Origin: a bacterium
GTDB lineage: Bacteria > UBA8248 > JACPRG01 > G963555815
Direction of reading: 5' to 3'
DNA: 64,000 bases
Assembly: GCA_965261595.1 (NCBI GenBank)
Contig: CBDHDG010000007.1
Location: 96,001-160,000 of the forward strand
The notes under the pieces are model-generated. The model did not search any database. It was not told the DNA's origin and worked only from the letters and a program-made list of their open reading frames with translations. Made by a program: the position numbers and the translations under genes. How positions within the stretch are numbered: position 1 is the stretch's first letter; each line of letters begins with the position of its first letter. Of the stretch, positions 50,153-59,229 are shown one piece after another.

Positions 50153-51388
50153 ATGAAAGCGAAACCGGCGCCGGGCCGGACCGCGGCGCGGCCTGTTCAG
50201 CTCTCCGGGCGAATCGCCGCCTTGAGACCTTCTCCCACGTTGGCGATCACCGCCCAGGCCCGGGATTTGCGCGCCCAAGGGGTGGACATCATCAGCTTCG
50301 GGGCCGGTGAGCCGGATTTCAACACGCCGGAGCCCATTGTCCGCGAAGCGAAGCTGGCCCTGGACGAGGGCTTCACGCAATACACGGCCGTGGGCGGCAT
50401 CCCGGAGCTGAAGGAGGGGATCGCCCGAAAGCTCCTGCGCGACAACGGCTGCGAATACCGGCCGGATGAAATCATCATCACCGTGGGCGCCAAACAGGCC
50501 TTCCACTCGGTTTGCCAAGTCCTGCTGGACCCGGGCTCGGAGCTCATCATCCCATCGCCCTACTGGGTCTCCTACTCGGACATCGTTTCGCTCGCCGGAG
50601 GAACCCCGGTCCTCTGCCCGCTCGGCGAAGAGAACGGGTTCGACCTGGACCCCGACGCGATCGAGCGATGCGTGACGTCCGCCACCCGGGCCGTGTTGAT
50701 TAACTCTCCGTCCAATCCGACCGGGGCCGTCTACTCCAGGGCGTCCATCGAGGCGGTTGTCCAACTGGCGCTGCGGCGCGGCCTCCTGGTCATCACCGAC
50801 GAGATTTACGAGAAGATCATCTACGATGAGGCGGTTCACGTGTGCCCGGCCGGGCTCGGCGAGGAGGCCCGCGACCGGACCATTGTGATCAACGGCTTCT
50901 CCAAAGCCTACGCCATGACGGGCTGGCGGCTGGGATACGTGGCCGGGCCGAGGCCGATCGTCACCGCCCTGGACACCTTTCAGGGCCAGGGCACGAACAA
51001 CCCCACCTCCTTCGTTCAAAAGGCCGCCGTCGTGGCCATCGACAGCGATGACTCGGTCTTCGAGCCGATGGTCCGGGAATTCAAAAAGCGGCGGGACGTG
51101 ATCGTCTCCGGGCTGAACGCCATCGAGGGCGTGCGGTGCACCCTGCCCCGAGGCGCCTTCTACGCCTTCCCCCGTGTGGACGGCCTGTTCGGAAAGACGG
51201 GCTCCGCGGGGAAGATCACAACCTCGGAAGGGCTCTGCCGACACCTGCTGGAAGAAGGCCGGATCGCCGCCGTGCCCGGCAGCGCATTCGGCGCCGAAGG
51301 ATACCTCCGACTGTCCTACGCGACCTCGTTGGAGAACATCCAAACGGGGCTTGACCGCATGGCCGAGGCCGTCGCGCGGCTGTCCTGA
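50153..51388 (+). CDS. Class I PLP aminotransferase (aspartate aminotransferase type)
   Basis: GEPDFNTP, NSPSNPTG, DEIYE, NGFSKAYAMTGWRLGY, RLSYA. Confidence 0.95.
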   Translation: MKAKPAPGRTAARPVQLSGRIAALRPSPTLAITAQARDLRAQGVDIISFGAGEPDFNTPEPIVREAKLALDEGFTQYTAVGGIPELKEGIARKLLRDNGCEYRPDEIIITVGAKQAFHSVCQVLLDPGSELIIPSPYWVSYSDIVSLAGGTPVLCPLGEENGFDLDPDAIERCVTSATRAVLINSPSNPTGAVYSRASIEAVVQLALRRGLLVITDEIYEKIIYDEAVHVCPAGLGEEARDRTIVINGFSKAYAMTGWRLGYVAGPRPIVTALDTFQGQGTNNPTSFVQKAAVVAIDSDDSVFEPMVREFKKRRDVIVSGLNAIEGVRCTLPRGAFYAFPRVDGLFGKTGSAGKITTSEGLCRHLLEEGRIAAVPGSAFGAEGYLRLSYATSLENIQTGLDRMAEAVARLS

Positions 51389-51421
51389 GACGCGCGGCCT
51401 CCCACCGGCAGGTGATCCGTT

Positions 51422-51610
51422 GTGACAACGTTCCTGTACATCATCGGGCGAATGTTGCAGCTCCTGGGGATGATCTACCTCGGGTGGGCGCTCTACCAGG
51501 GGATCAGCTTGAAACACGGCGGGATGGCTGAAGAATACAAGTGGCTCGGGATCGGCGTCGTCATCTTCCTCATCGGGCGCTTGATGGAGCGGCGATGGGG
51601 TTCCAAGTAA
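51422..51610 (+). CDS. Small two-TM hypothetical protein
   Basis: 62 aa, two hydrophobic helices, AGGTGA SD. Confidence 0.65.
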   Translation: MTTFLYIIGRMLQLLGMIYLGWALYQGISLKHGGMAEEYKWLGIGVVIFLIGRLMERRWGSK

Positions 51611-51841
51611 CGGGCCGAGGCCGACGGAACGACTCGCCGCCGCCGGCCGGAAAATCCCGCCGAACGACTTCCACGCCTCATCCATCCCGCCTTCCTGCCG
51701 CAAGCACTTGACCACCCGGGGTCCCCGGATGTACACCAAAGTCCTGATTCATCTCTCAAGGGCCAACGGCTCGGAACGGATCCTTCACCCGTCCGCCTGA
51801 GCGGCCGGCGGGATGCGGCGCAACCGGGGAAGTGAAGAGCG

Positions 51842-52633
51842 ATGAAGGGAGCCGCGTCCACCGATAAGAAATACTCCGGCGCGAAATGGTCGGTCCTGTT
51901 CTTTGCGGGCATCATCATTCTCTGGCAGCTCCTGATTCCCATGTTCGGCGTTCCCGACTACCTGATGCCCACGCCCTGGCGGGTGGTCGAGGAGTTTGGC
52001 AAGCGCGGCTCCGTCATCCTCGCCAACCTGGTGCCGACGTTCGAGGTTACAATTCTTGGATTTCTGATCGGGGCGGTGGTCGGCATCTCCTCGGGCATCG
52101 GGATTGTATACTCGCGCTTCCTGTGGCTGACCGTCTATCCCGCGCTCGTTCTCGTCAGCTCTGTTCCCCGCATCGCCATCGCCCCGTTGATCCTGATCTG
52201 GTTCGGCATCGACAGCCTCTTGTCCAAGGTGATCATCTCTTTCCTCGTCGCCTTCTTTCCGATGCTCATCAATTCCGTCGTGGGGCTGTCCCAGGTGAGT
52301 CCGGACATGATCGACCTCGGGAAAACGATGGGCATGAGCCGTATAGATGAATTCAAGAAGATCCGCCTGCCCAATTCGGTTCCGTTCCTGTTCGCCGGGT
52401 TCAAAGCTTCTATCGCCTTAGCGGTGATCGGCGCGGTGGTCGCGGAGTTTGTCTCGGGCGAGCGCGGGCTGGGCTTCCTGATCATCGTCGGCTTCGACGA
52501 CATGAATTCCAGCATTGTCTTCGCCTCCATCATCGTTCTCGCGGCGATGTCGCTGGGGATGTTCGGAATCCTGGTGTGGCTGGAGAAGGTCCTCATGCCG
52601 TGGCGTCAAGGGATTCAAATCACGGAAATGTGA
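51842..52633 (+). CDS. ABC transporter permease (NitT/TauT/SsuC type)
   Basis: P.YLMPTP..V, PRIAIAPL..IWFG, AVIGAVVAEF...GLG. Confidence 0.93.
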   Translation: MKGAASTDKKYSGAKWSVLFFAGIIILWQLLIPMFGVPDYLMPTPWRVVEEFGKRGSVILANLVPTFEVTILGFLIGAVVGISSGIGIVYSRFLWLTVYPALVLVSSVPRIAIAPLILIWFGIDSLLSKVIISFLVAFFPMLINSVVGLSQVSPDMIDLGKTMGMSRIDEFKKIRLPNSVPFLFAGFKASIALAVIGAVVAEFVSGERGLGFLIIVGFDDMNSSIVFASIIVLAAMSLGMFGILVWLEKVLMPWRQGIQITEM

Positions 52634-52670
52634 AGTGTTCCCGCCTGAAATCAACGAAAGGAGAAAGCTT

Positions 52671-53684
52671 ATGAGGGGCAAAATCGGATCGGTCTGGGTC
52701 GCGGCGCTCGCGGCCGTCGTATTTTCGTGGGGGTGGACGCCCCAGCCGGCGGCGGCGAAAGAGCTCAAGATCATCCTGGACTGGATTTACGGCGGAAAGC
52801 ACGCCCCGTTTTTCGTCGCCCGGGATAAGGGCTTCTGGAAAAAGGCCGGCGTGGACGTGAAGATCCTCCAGGGGCGGGGCTCGGGAAAAGCCGCCTTCTG
52901 GGTCGATACCAAGAAGGTCGACTACAGTTACGGGGACTTCGCCACGATGCTCAAGGTCGTCCAGAAGGGCGGGAAGAACATGGCCGTCGGCGCGGTGCAC
53001 GTTTACCAGACGGGATGCTACATCTTCTTCGCGAAAACCGGAATCAAGACGCCCAAAGACCTGGAGGGGAAACGGTACGGGGGGCCTCCGGCGGACTTCG
53101 GACGGACCCTGATGCCCGCCATGGCCGGCGCCATGGGCTTTGACATGAAGAAGGTCATCTTCAAAACCATGAAGCCGGCGGTCAGGACCCCCGCGCTGTT
53201 CGAGAGCAAGATCGACTTCATGTCGGGAACGCGCGGGTCGAGCTGTCCGCGGATGCGCATCCAAGCCGAGCGCAGGGGCAGGAAGATCTCGTTCCTCTAC
53301 TTCAAGGACATGGGCCTCGAATCCTACGGGCACGTGATCCAGGTCCACCGGGATCGGATCAAGAACAACCCCAAAGAAATCCAGGGCGTCGTGGGCGGGT
53401 TCTTCGACGCCTTTGCCTGGACGGTCAAGAACCTCGACGGGGGCTATAACGTCTACATCAAGGCCAATCCCACCAAGGATAAGGAGATCTCGAAGATTCA
53501 ATTGGCTGAGGCGATCGAAGACGTCCAGGACGCCGAAGTGATGGCAAAGGGCCTCGGTTACATGAAGGAATCGATGGTGAAGAAGTCGGTGGCGACGGCC
53601 AACAAGTACTTCAAGCTCTCGCCGCCCGTCGATTACACGAAAACCTACACCAACCGGTTCATCCGGCCGAATCCGGGATTGTAG
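52671..53684 (+). CDS. ABC substrate-binding protein (NMT1/THI5-like)
   Basis: Signal peptide, LDW...HAPFFVA.DKGF, TPKDLEGK, YTNRF. Confidence 0.9.
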   Translation: MRGKIGSVWVAALAAVVFSWGWTPQPAAAKELKIILDWIYGGKHAPFFVARDKGFWKKAGVDVKILQGRGSGKAAFWVDTKKVDYSYGDFATMLKVVQKGGKNMAVGAVHVYQTGCYIFFAKTGIKTPKDLEGKRYGGPPADFGRTLMPAMAGAMGFDMKKVIFKTMKPAVRTPALFESKIDFMSGTRGSSCPRMRIQAERRGRKISFLYFKDMGLESYGHVIQVHRDRIKNNPKEIQGVVGGFFDAFAWTVKNLDGGYNVYIKANPTKDKEISKIQLAEAIEDVQDAEVMAKGLGYMKESMVKKSVATANKYFKLSPPVDYTKTYTNRFIRPNPGL

Positions 53685-53694
53685 AGGAGCACCA

Positions 53695-54453
53695 TTGCCG
53701 AGCGTCATCGAATATCGAAACCTCCGGAAGGTCTACAACCCGGACAGCGGCGAGGTCGTTGCCCTGGAGGAGGTCAGCCTCGAAGTGGGGGACGGGGAGC
53801 TCCTCACCGTCATCGGCCGGAGCGGGTGCGGAAAGACCACGCTTCTCAAGCTGACAGCCGGCCTGCTGGCGCCGACGGCGGGGACGGTTCATGTGGCGGG
53901 GGCGCCGGTCCTCGGCCCCCTGACCAACGTGGGGATTGTCTTCCAGGCCCCGGTGCTGCTCGACTGGCGGAAGACCCTCGACAATGTCCTGCTGCAAATC
54001 GAGGCCCGCAAGCTCAACGTCGAGGAATACCGTGAAAAGGCCCTCAAGCTTCTGGATCTCGTCGGCCTCAAGGGCTTCGAGGACAAGTACCCCAGCGAGC
54101 TTTCGGGCGGGATGCAGCAGCGCGCCTCGATCACCCGGGCGCTCATCCATGACCCGCCCCTGCTCCTGATGGATGAGCCTTTCGGGGCGCTGGACGCCAT
54201 CACGCGGGACGAGATGAACCTGGAGCTGCTGCGCATCTGGCGGGAGGCCCGGAAAACCATCCTGTTCATCACCCACAGCATTCCCGAGGCTGTGTTTCTG
54301 GGGGATCGGGTGATCGTGATGACGCCGCGACCCGGCCGGATTGCGGAGATCATTCCCATCGATCTCCCCCGTCCCCGGAAAACAGCCCTGCGGGATGAGC
54401 CGAAGTTCATCAAATACGTCAAACACATCCGCGGAAGCCTGGGCGTGGCGTAG
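53695..54453 (+). CDS. ABC transporter ATP-binding protein
   Basis: GRSGCGKT, LSGGMQQR, LLMDEPFGALD. Confidence 0.95.
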   Translation: MPSVIEYRNLRKVYNPDSGEVVALEEVSLEVGDGELLTVIGRSGCGKTTLLKLTAGLLAPTAGTVHVAGAPVLGPLTNVGIVFQAPVLLDWRKTLDNVLLQIEARKLNVEEYREKALKLLDLVGLKGFEDKYPSELSGGMQQRASITRALIHDPPLLLMDEPFGALDAITRDEMNLELLRIWREARKTILFITHSIPEAVFLGDRVIVMTPRPGRIAEIIPIDLPRPRKTALRDEPKFIKYVKHIRGSLGVA

Positions 54454-54663
54454 CCTTTGCGTCCTGGCTCCCGAACCAATCGACCCAAGGGGCGGCGCGG
54501 GAGAAGAGGCGGTCCCAGCCGGTTTTCGATTCCGCATGGAATCCGCGCGGAAGCTCCGCGTCAACCAACCCATGTCGACTCGATGCGCCGGGATCTTCCA
54601 CCGGCAGGGTTCGCGTCCGAGAGCGAAACCCCCCGGATCCAAGATTCCGGTGGAAACTCCGAC

Positions 54664-55266
54664 TCAGTACTTTCTCAAGATTCCCACCACGATGCCCTGA
54701 ATCTTGAACTCGCCGTCCCGGACGATGATGGGCTCCATCGTGGGGTTGGCGGGTTGCAGGCGCACATGGCCGTTCTCGCGGTAATAACGCTTGAGGGTCG
54801 CCTCGTTTCCATCCAGGAGGGCGACGACGGTTTCTCCGTTGTTGGCGGTTTTGCGCTCTTCGATGATGACGAAGTCGCCGTCCTCGATGTGGTCGTCGAT
54901 CATCGACTGGCCCTTCACCTGGAGGACGTAAAGATTTCTGGCCCCGGCCTCCGTCCACGGGAGGGCGATGGTGGTCGGATCCAGGACGGCTTCCAGGGGG
55001 GTCCCGGCGGCGATGTAGCCCATCAGGGGCAGCTCCCGCACAGGCTCCGGCTCCCTCCCCTCCAGGACCTCGATGGAACGGCTGCGGTTCCAGCCCCGCT
55101 TCATGAGTCCCTTCTCGATGAGGTTGAGGATGTGCTTGTGCACTGTGGCGGGGGAGGCCAACCCGAAGCCCGCCCCGATCTCCTCCAGGCTCGGAGAATA
55201 ACCTTTTTCCTCGATGAACTCTTTCACAAAATCCAGTATCTGGCGTTGTCGTTTTGTCAGGTACAT
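54664..55266 (-). CDS. lexA: SOS repressor LexA
   Basis: LTKRQRQIL, YSPSLEEI, cleavage site IAAG, catalytic S (GQSM) and K (ATLK). Confidence 0.96.
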   Translation of the reverse strand: MYLTKRQRQILDFVKEFIEEKGYSPSLEEIGAGFGLASPATVHKHILNLIEKGLMKRGWNRSRSIEVLEGREPEPVRELPLMGYIAAGTPLEAVLDPTTIALPWTEAGARNLYVLQVKGQSMIDDHIEDGDFVIIEERKTANNGETVVALLDGNEATLKRYYRENGHVRLQPANPTMEPIIVRDGEFKIQGIVVGILRKY

Positions 55267-55365
55267 CGTTCAATCCTCTCTTTCGGTAAAACCCGAACCG
55301 CTTTGAAAATCCAACGACGGCCATCCATCCAGCGACTTTTTTTCAGCTTGTCCCCATCTTCGCTC

Positions 55366-55395
55366 AATATACGACGAAATGGCCACGAAAGTAAA
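55366..55395 (-). promoter_or_regulatory. Putative lexA promoter with TTTC-N7-TTTC direct repeat (candidate operator)
   Basis: TTTACT-18 nt-TATATT; ACGAAA repeated at 55374 and 55385 (11-bp period). Confidence 0.45.
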
Positions 55396-55400
55396 GCCCC

Positions 55401-55453
55401 AAAAAAAATCCCCGGCGAAGGAATCGAGAAGTCCGCGCCTTGCCGGGGATTTT
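55401..55453 (-). terminator. Rho-independent terminator
   Basis: Minus strand ATCCCCGGC...GCCGGGGAT stem followed by a T8 run. Confidence 0.75.
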
Positions 55454-55580
55454 CGGTGGTGCCGACGAGATTAGCCTGGGCGCCTGCCCGGCCAACACCA
55501 GGTCAGGTCGTCAGACCTCGGCCACCTCGCGATCACTACATGAAGATTTCTTCAAATGATCACCTCCTTTCCCGCGTTAC
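55401..55580 (-). ncRNA. Putative structured small RNA carrying a 14-codon micro-ORF (55555-55511)
   Basis: Own TTGACA promoter, AAAGGAGGTGATC SD, long hairpin and terminator. Confidence 0.5.
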
Positions 55581-55584
55581 CGGA

Positions 55585-55614
55585 AACTTAAGGGGTGCGG
55601 ACCCGTTCTGTCAA
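55585..55614 (-). promoter_or_regulatory. Sigma70-type promoter of the small transcript
   Basis: TTGACA-18 nt-TAAGTT. Confidence 0.6.
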
Positions 55615-55814
55615 GCCTAAATATGGAAACGTCCAGATGCTTGAGAAAACTATTCGCTTTGAAATCAGATAGATCGCATTAAAAACTTAGAGCCCCTCTT
55701 GACCTTTTACATGAGCCTTTGTTACCTTTCAGACGAAGATGGTTTGTTTCTTGCTGTTCGTAGTACGGAGAACGCATGTACGATCGCCGCTCGGATGATT
55801 CTCAGAGGGGAAAA

Positions 55815-57839
55815 ATGAATCCCATGCGACTCCGATCAAAGAGGGCGCTCCTGTCCTTCTTCGCGCTGTTTTTCTTTTTCATGTTGGGGCGTCCGAGCCT
55901 CGCGCATGAGCCTTTCCAAACCCCCAAGGGGCTGGAAAGCAGCGTCGATTTCTGGATCAAGGTGTTCACGCGGTACAAACGAAATCAGGCCGTCGTTCAT
56001 GACACGGAAGATCCAAGCCTGATCTACGATGTCGTCAACCTGGACGGCGCCGGAGGCCCAAGCAGCTCCCGCGTACGGTGGCGGAGGGCCAGACGCGCCC
56101 GGGAGCGTTATGCCCGCCTGTTCCGCGCTTGGTCCGTTTCCCCTCCCCGGCCGCGGGACCTGTCGCGGAAGGAACGCCGGATCATCCGGGCCCTCCGGAA
56201 GCGCCGATACAATTTATCCAAAGCGTCCCGAAACGTTCGCGCCCAGCAGGGTGTGCAGGAAAAGTTCCGCGATGGGATCATCCGATCCGGGCGCTATCTC
56301 AGCCGTATGCGGCGCGTTTTTCTCGACTATGGTCTTCCGCCGGACTTGACGTATCTTCCCCACGTCGAATCCTCTTTCAACTACGAGGCCTATTCCAAAT
56401 TCGGGGCGTCGGGGGTCTGGCAGTTCACCCGGTCGACGGGGCGGCTTTTCCTGAAGATCAACTACGATATCGATGAGCGCCGGGACCCCATGCTCGCCAC
56501 GCACGCGGCGGCCAAGCTCCTGCGCCGGAACCACAAAGAGCTTGGAACCTGGCCCCTGGCGGTCACGGCCTATAACCACGGACGCGCGGGGATGGCGCGC
56601 GCGGTCCGCCTCCACCAAACCCGACACCTCCCGACATTGATCCGGAAATACAGGAGCCGGACGTTCAAGTTCGCGTCGAAAAACTTCTACGCCGAATTTC
56701 TGGCGGCGCGAATCGTCGCCAAGAACGCGCGGCGGTACTTCGGGCCCCTGCGGGAGAGAAAACACTCGCGGGATCGGGTCTTCCGGCTCCCGGCCTACGT
56801 TTCCGTGGAGACGCTGACCAAAATTTCACCCGTCACCCTTGAGGAGATCCAACGTTATAATCCGGCGCTCAGGGGTCCGGTTCTTCGGGGAGAGCGCCGA
56901 ATCCCGAAGGGTTATCTTCTGCGTTTGCCCGCGCGGAAAACGAAGGACTTCCGCCGGCGCTACGCCTCCATGTCCGCCTCGCTCAAGCACGCCGATCAAA
57001 AACGCATTCGGTGGTATCGCGTCAGGCGGGGAGAGACCCTCGGGGCGATTGCCCGGCGTTTTCGCATGTCGGTTCGGACGCTGGCGTCCGTCAACAACAT
57101 CCGAAACACCTCCCGGGTCCGCGCGGGCATGATCATCTCGATTCCGGGCTCGCGGCGGACCGCCGCCGCCAGGCCGGCTCAACGGAAACGCCGGATAACG
57201 AACGCCCGGCTCCGGGCCGCCGCCGCACCGGCCGTGAAACGGCCCGAGGCCAAACCCGCGCGGGCCGTCAAAGCCCTTGAGCCCGCGCCCCGGGTGATCA
57301 GCCCGGCCGTCTCATCGCGGTCCGCCCGGACGAACGGGACGGAGAATGGGAATCAGACGCGGCCGGAGTGGAGGGAAAGGGATCTCTCCCCGGTCCACGT
57401 AACCGGTAAGTCCGGCAAGCAAGGCTGGACGCGCGTGGAGGCGGAGGAAACCCTGAGCCATTTCGCCAAATGGCTGGATGCCTCGAAGCGCGTCCTGCGC
57501 CGGCTGAACCGGATGGGGCGAAAGCAATCCATCCGGATGGGGCAAAAGCTGAAACTCACGTTCCGCAGGGTCAACCCGGAGGAATTCGAACAAAGCCGGC
57601 TGGAGTATCACAAGAGCCTGGAGGATGATTTCTTCGAGACCTACCGGATTGTCAGGACCTTCCACCACACCATTCGGAAGGGGGAGAGCCTTTGGGGCCT
57701 CGCCCGCGAAGTTTATGAAGTTCCATTCTGGATCATGGCCCACTATAATCCGGGGTTATTCAACTCGAGCGTGGCCGTAGGGGTCAAGGTCACGTTTCCC
57801 GTGGTGGTTCCCAAAGGGCGAAAGACATCCGGAAACTGA
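55815..57839 (+). CDS. MltD-like lytic transglycosylase with LysM domains
   Basis: LPHVESSF, GVWQF..STGR, AYNHG, YRVRRGETLGAIARRF and HTIRKGESLW LysM repeats; alternative start 55776. Confidence 0.92.
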   Translation: MNPMRLRSKRALLSFFALFFFFMLGRPSLAHEPFQTPKGLESSVDFWIKVFTRYKRNQAVVHDTEDPSLIYDVVNLDGAGGPSSSRVRWRRARRARERYARLFRAWSVSPPRPRDLSRKERRIIRALRKRRYNLSKASRNVRAQQGVQEKFRDGIIRSGRYLSRMRRVFLDYGLPPDLTYLPHVESSFNYEAYSKFGASGVWQFTRSTGRLFLKINYDIDERRDPMLATHAAAKLLRRNHKELGTWPLAVTAYNHGRAGMARAVRLHQTRHLPTLIRKYRSRTFKFASKNFYAEFLAARIVAKNARRYFGPLRERKHSRDRVFRLPAYVSVETLTKISPVTLEEIQRYNPALRGPVLRGERRIPKGYLLRLPARKTKDFRRRYASMSASLKHADQKRIRWYRVRRGETLGAIARRFRMSVRTLASVNNIRNTSRVRAGMIISIPGSRRTAAARPAQRKRRITNARLRAAAAPAVKRPEAKPARAVKALEPAPRVISPAVSSRSARTNGTENGNQTRPEWRERDLSPVHVTGKSGKQGWTRVEAEETLSHFAKWLDASKRVLRRLNRMGRKQSIRMGQKLKLTFRRVNPEEFEQSRLEYHKSLEDDFFETYRIVRTFHHTIRKGESLWGLAREVYEVPFWIMAHYNPGLFNSSVAVGVKVTFPVVVPKGRKTSGN

Positions 57840-57919
57840 GCGCAGCGCACTCCTGATTTCGGGATGACCTCGTTCCCAGGGAAAGGTTCCGGGGGCAGCG
57901 GCCCTCCGCCGGAGGAGTC

Positions 57920-59020
57920 ATGGACGTTACGATTGGAAAGGCTGAATTTCAAAAAGCGCTTTCCCGTGTGCAGGGGATCGCCGAAAGCCGGAGCAGCGCC
58001 ATGCCGATCCTCCAGCACATCCTGCTGGAGACCGAAGAGGGCGGCGTTCGAATATCGGCCACGGACCTGGACATCAGCCTGCGGGCCGGCTACGAAGCGA
58101 GCGTCAAAACCCCGGGCCGCGTCACCCTCCCCGCACGCAAGCTTTTCGACGTCGTCCGGGAGCTCCCGGATTCGGACGTCCACCTGGAAGCGGAAGAAGG
58201 GCAGTGGGTCCGGCTGACGTGCGCCCGCTCGAATTTCCGATTCCCCGGTCTCGAGACGGACGATTTTCCGAACATCCCCGCGTTCGGCGATGGGCCTTCT
58301 TTCCCCCTGCCGGCGTCGGATTTGGTGGGGATGATCCGCAAGACCCAGTTCGCGATCTCCACCGACGAGACGCGCACCGCCCTCAACGGCATCTATCTCG
58401 AGTCCAAGAGCGGAACCCTGAACCTCGTGGCCACCGACGGGCATCGGCTGGCCTGGGTTTCCCGGCCTGTCGAGACCTTGACCGAAGACATGGGCATCAT
58501 CATCCACCGAAAAGCCATCCAGGAACTTCTCAAAATCGTCTCGGATGGAGACAAGAGCGTCCAGTTCCAGCGTCAGGACAACCACGTCCTGTTTCAGATC
58601 GACTCCGTGACGCTCGTTTCCCGGCTCATCGAAGGCCAATTCCCCAACTACCAGCAGGTCGTCCCCATGGGAAACGACCAGCGGGCGACCGTCTCCCTCG
58701 AAGCGCTCGGAGGGGGACTGAGGCGGGTCTCCCTGATGGCCAACGAAAAGTCCAGGATGGTCAAGCTTCGCTTTAAAGAGGGCATTCTCTCCTTGTTCAG
58801 CGATACCTCCGAGGTGGGAGAAGCCAGCGAGGAGATCGAAATCGACTACGGAGGGCCCGAGATTCTGATCGGCTTCAATTCCCGCTACATCTTGGATTTC
58901 CTCTCCGTCGTCGAGGACGATACGCTGCGGATCGATCTCAAGGATTCATTGAGCTCCATGCTCCTGGCGCCCCGTGAAGACAAAAACTACTACTGCGTCG
59001 TCATGCCCATGAGGGTCTGA
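57920..59020 (+). CDS. dnaN: DNA polymerase III beta clamp
   Basis: ATDLDISL, STDETR..LNG, ATDGHRL, RLIEGQFPNY, GFNSRYILD, VVMPMRV. Confidence 0.97.
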   Translation: MDVTIGKAEFQKALSRVQGIAESRSSAMPILQHILLETEEGGVRISATDLDISLRAGYEASVKTPGRVTLPARKLFDVVRELPDSDVHLEAEEGQWVRLTCARSNFRFPGLETDDFPNIPAFGDGPSFPLPASDLVGMIRKTQFAISTDETRTALNGIYLESKSGTLNLVATDGHRLAWVSRPVETLTEDMGIIIHRKAIQELLKIVSDGDKSVQFQRQDNHVLFQIDSVTLVSRLIEGQFPNYQQVVPMGNDQRATVSLEALGGGLRRVSLMANEKSRMVKLRFKEGILSLFSDTSEVGEASEEIEIDYGGPEILIGFNSRYILDFLSVVEDDTLRIDLKDSLSSMLLAPREDKNYYCVVMPMRV

Positions 59021-59229
59021 GAGCGCCATCCGGCGGCCGGAGATCCTATTCCGGCGACGGGGGCCGCCCCGGGGGCCGGGACTTCCGTCCGGCCGTCCGA
59101 AAGCCGCGTCTCGGGGGTCCCCCCGTCAGGCGCTGCTCGCGGATCCCCCTCTTGGGCGTCCCCGAAGGGAAGCGCGCCTCCTGAATCCCGACGGCTGAAT
59201 CTTTCCCGAATTACACAAGCGAGACAAGC

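Noticed and set aside
55455..55530. SRP (4.5S) or 6S RNA
   Set aside because: No SRP GGAA tetraloop/AGCAG motif and no 5'-3' end pairing with a central bubble as in 6S.
55558..55570. GATCACCTCCTTT as a 16S rRNA 3' fragment
   Set aside because: Flanks do not continue as rRNA (no TGCGGCTG before it); better explained as an SD on the minus strand.
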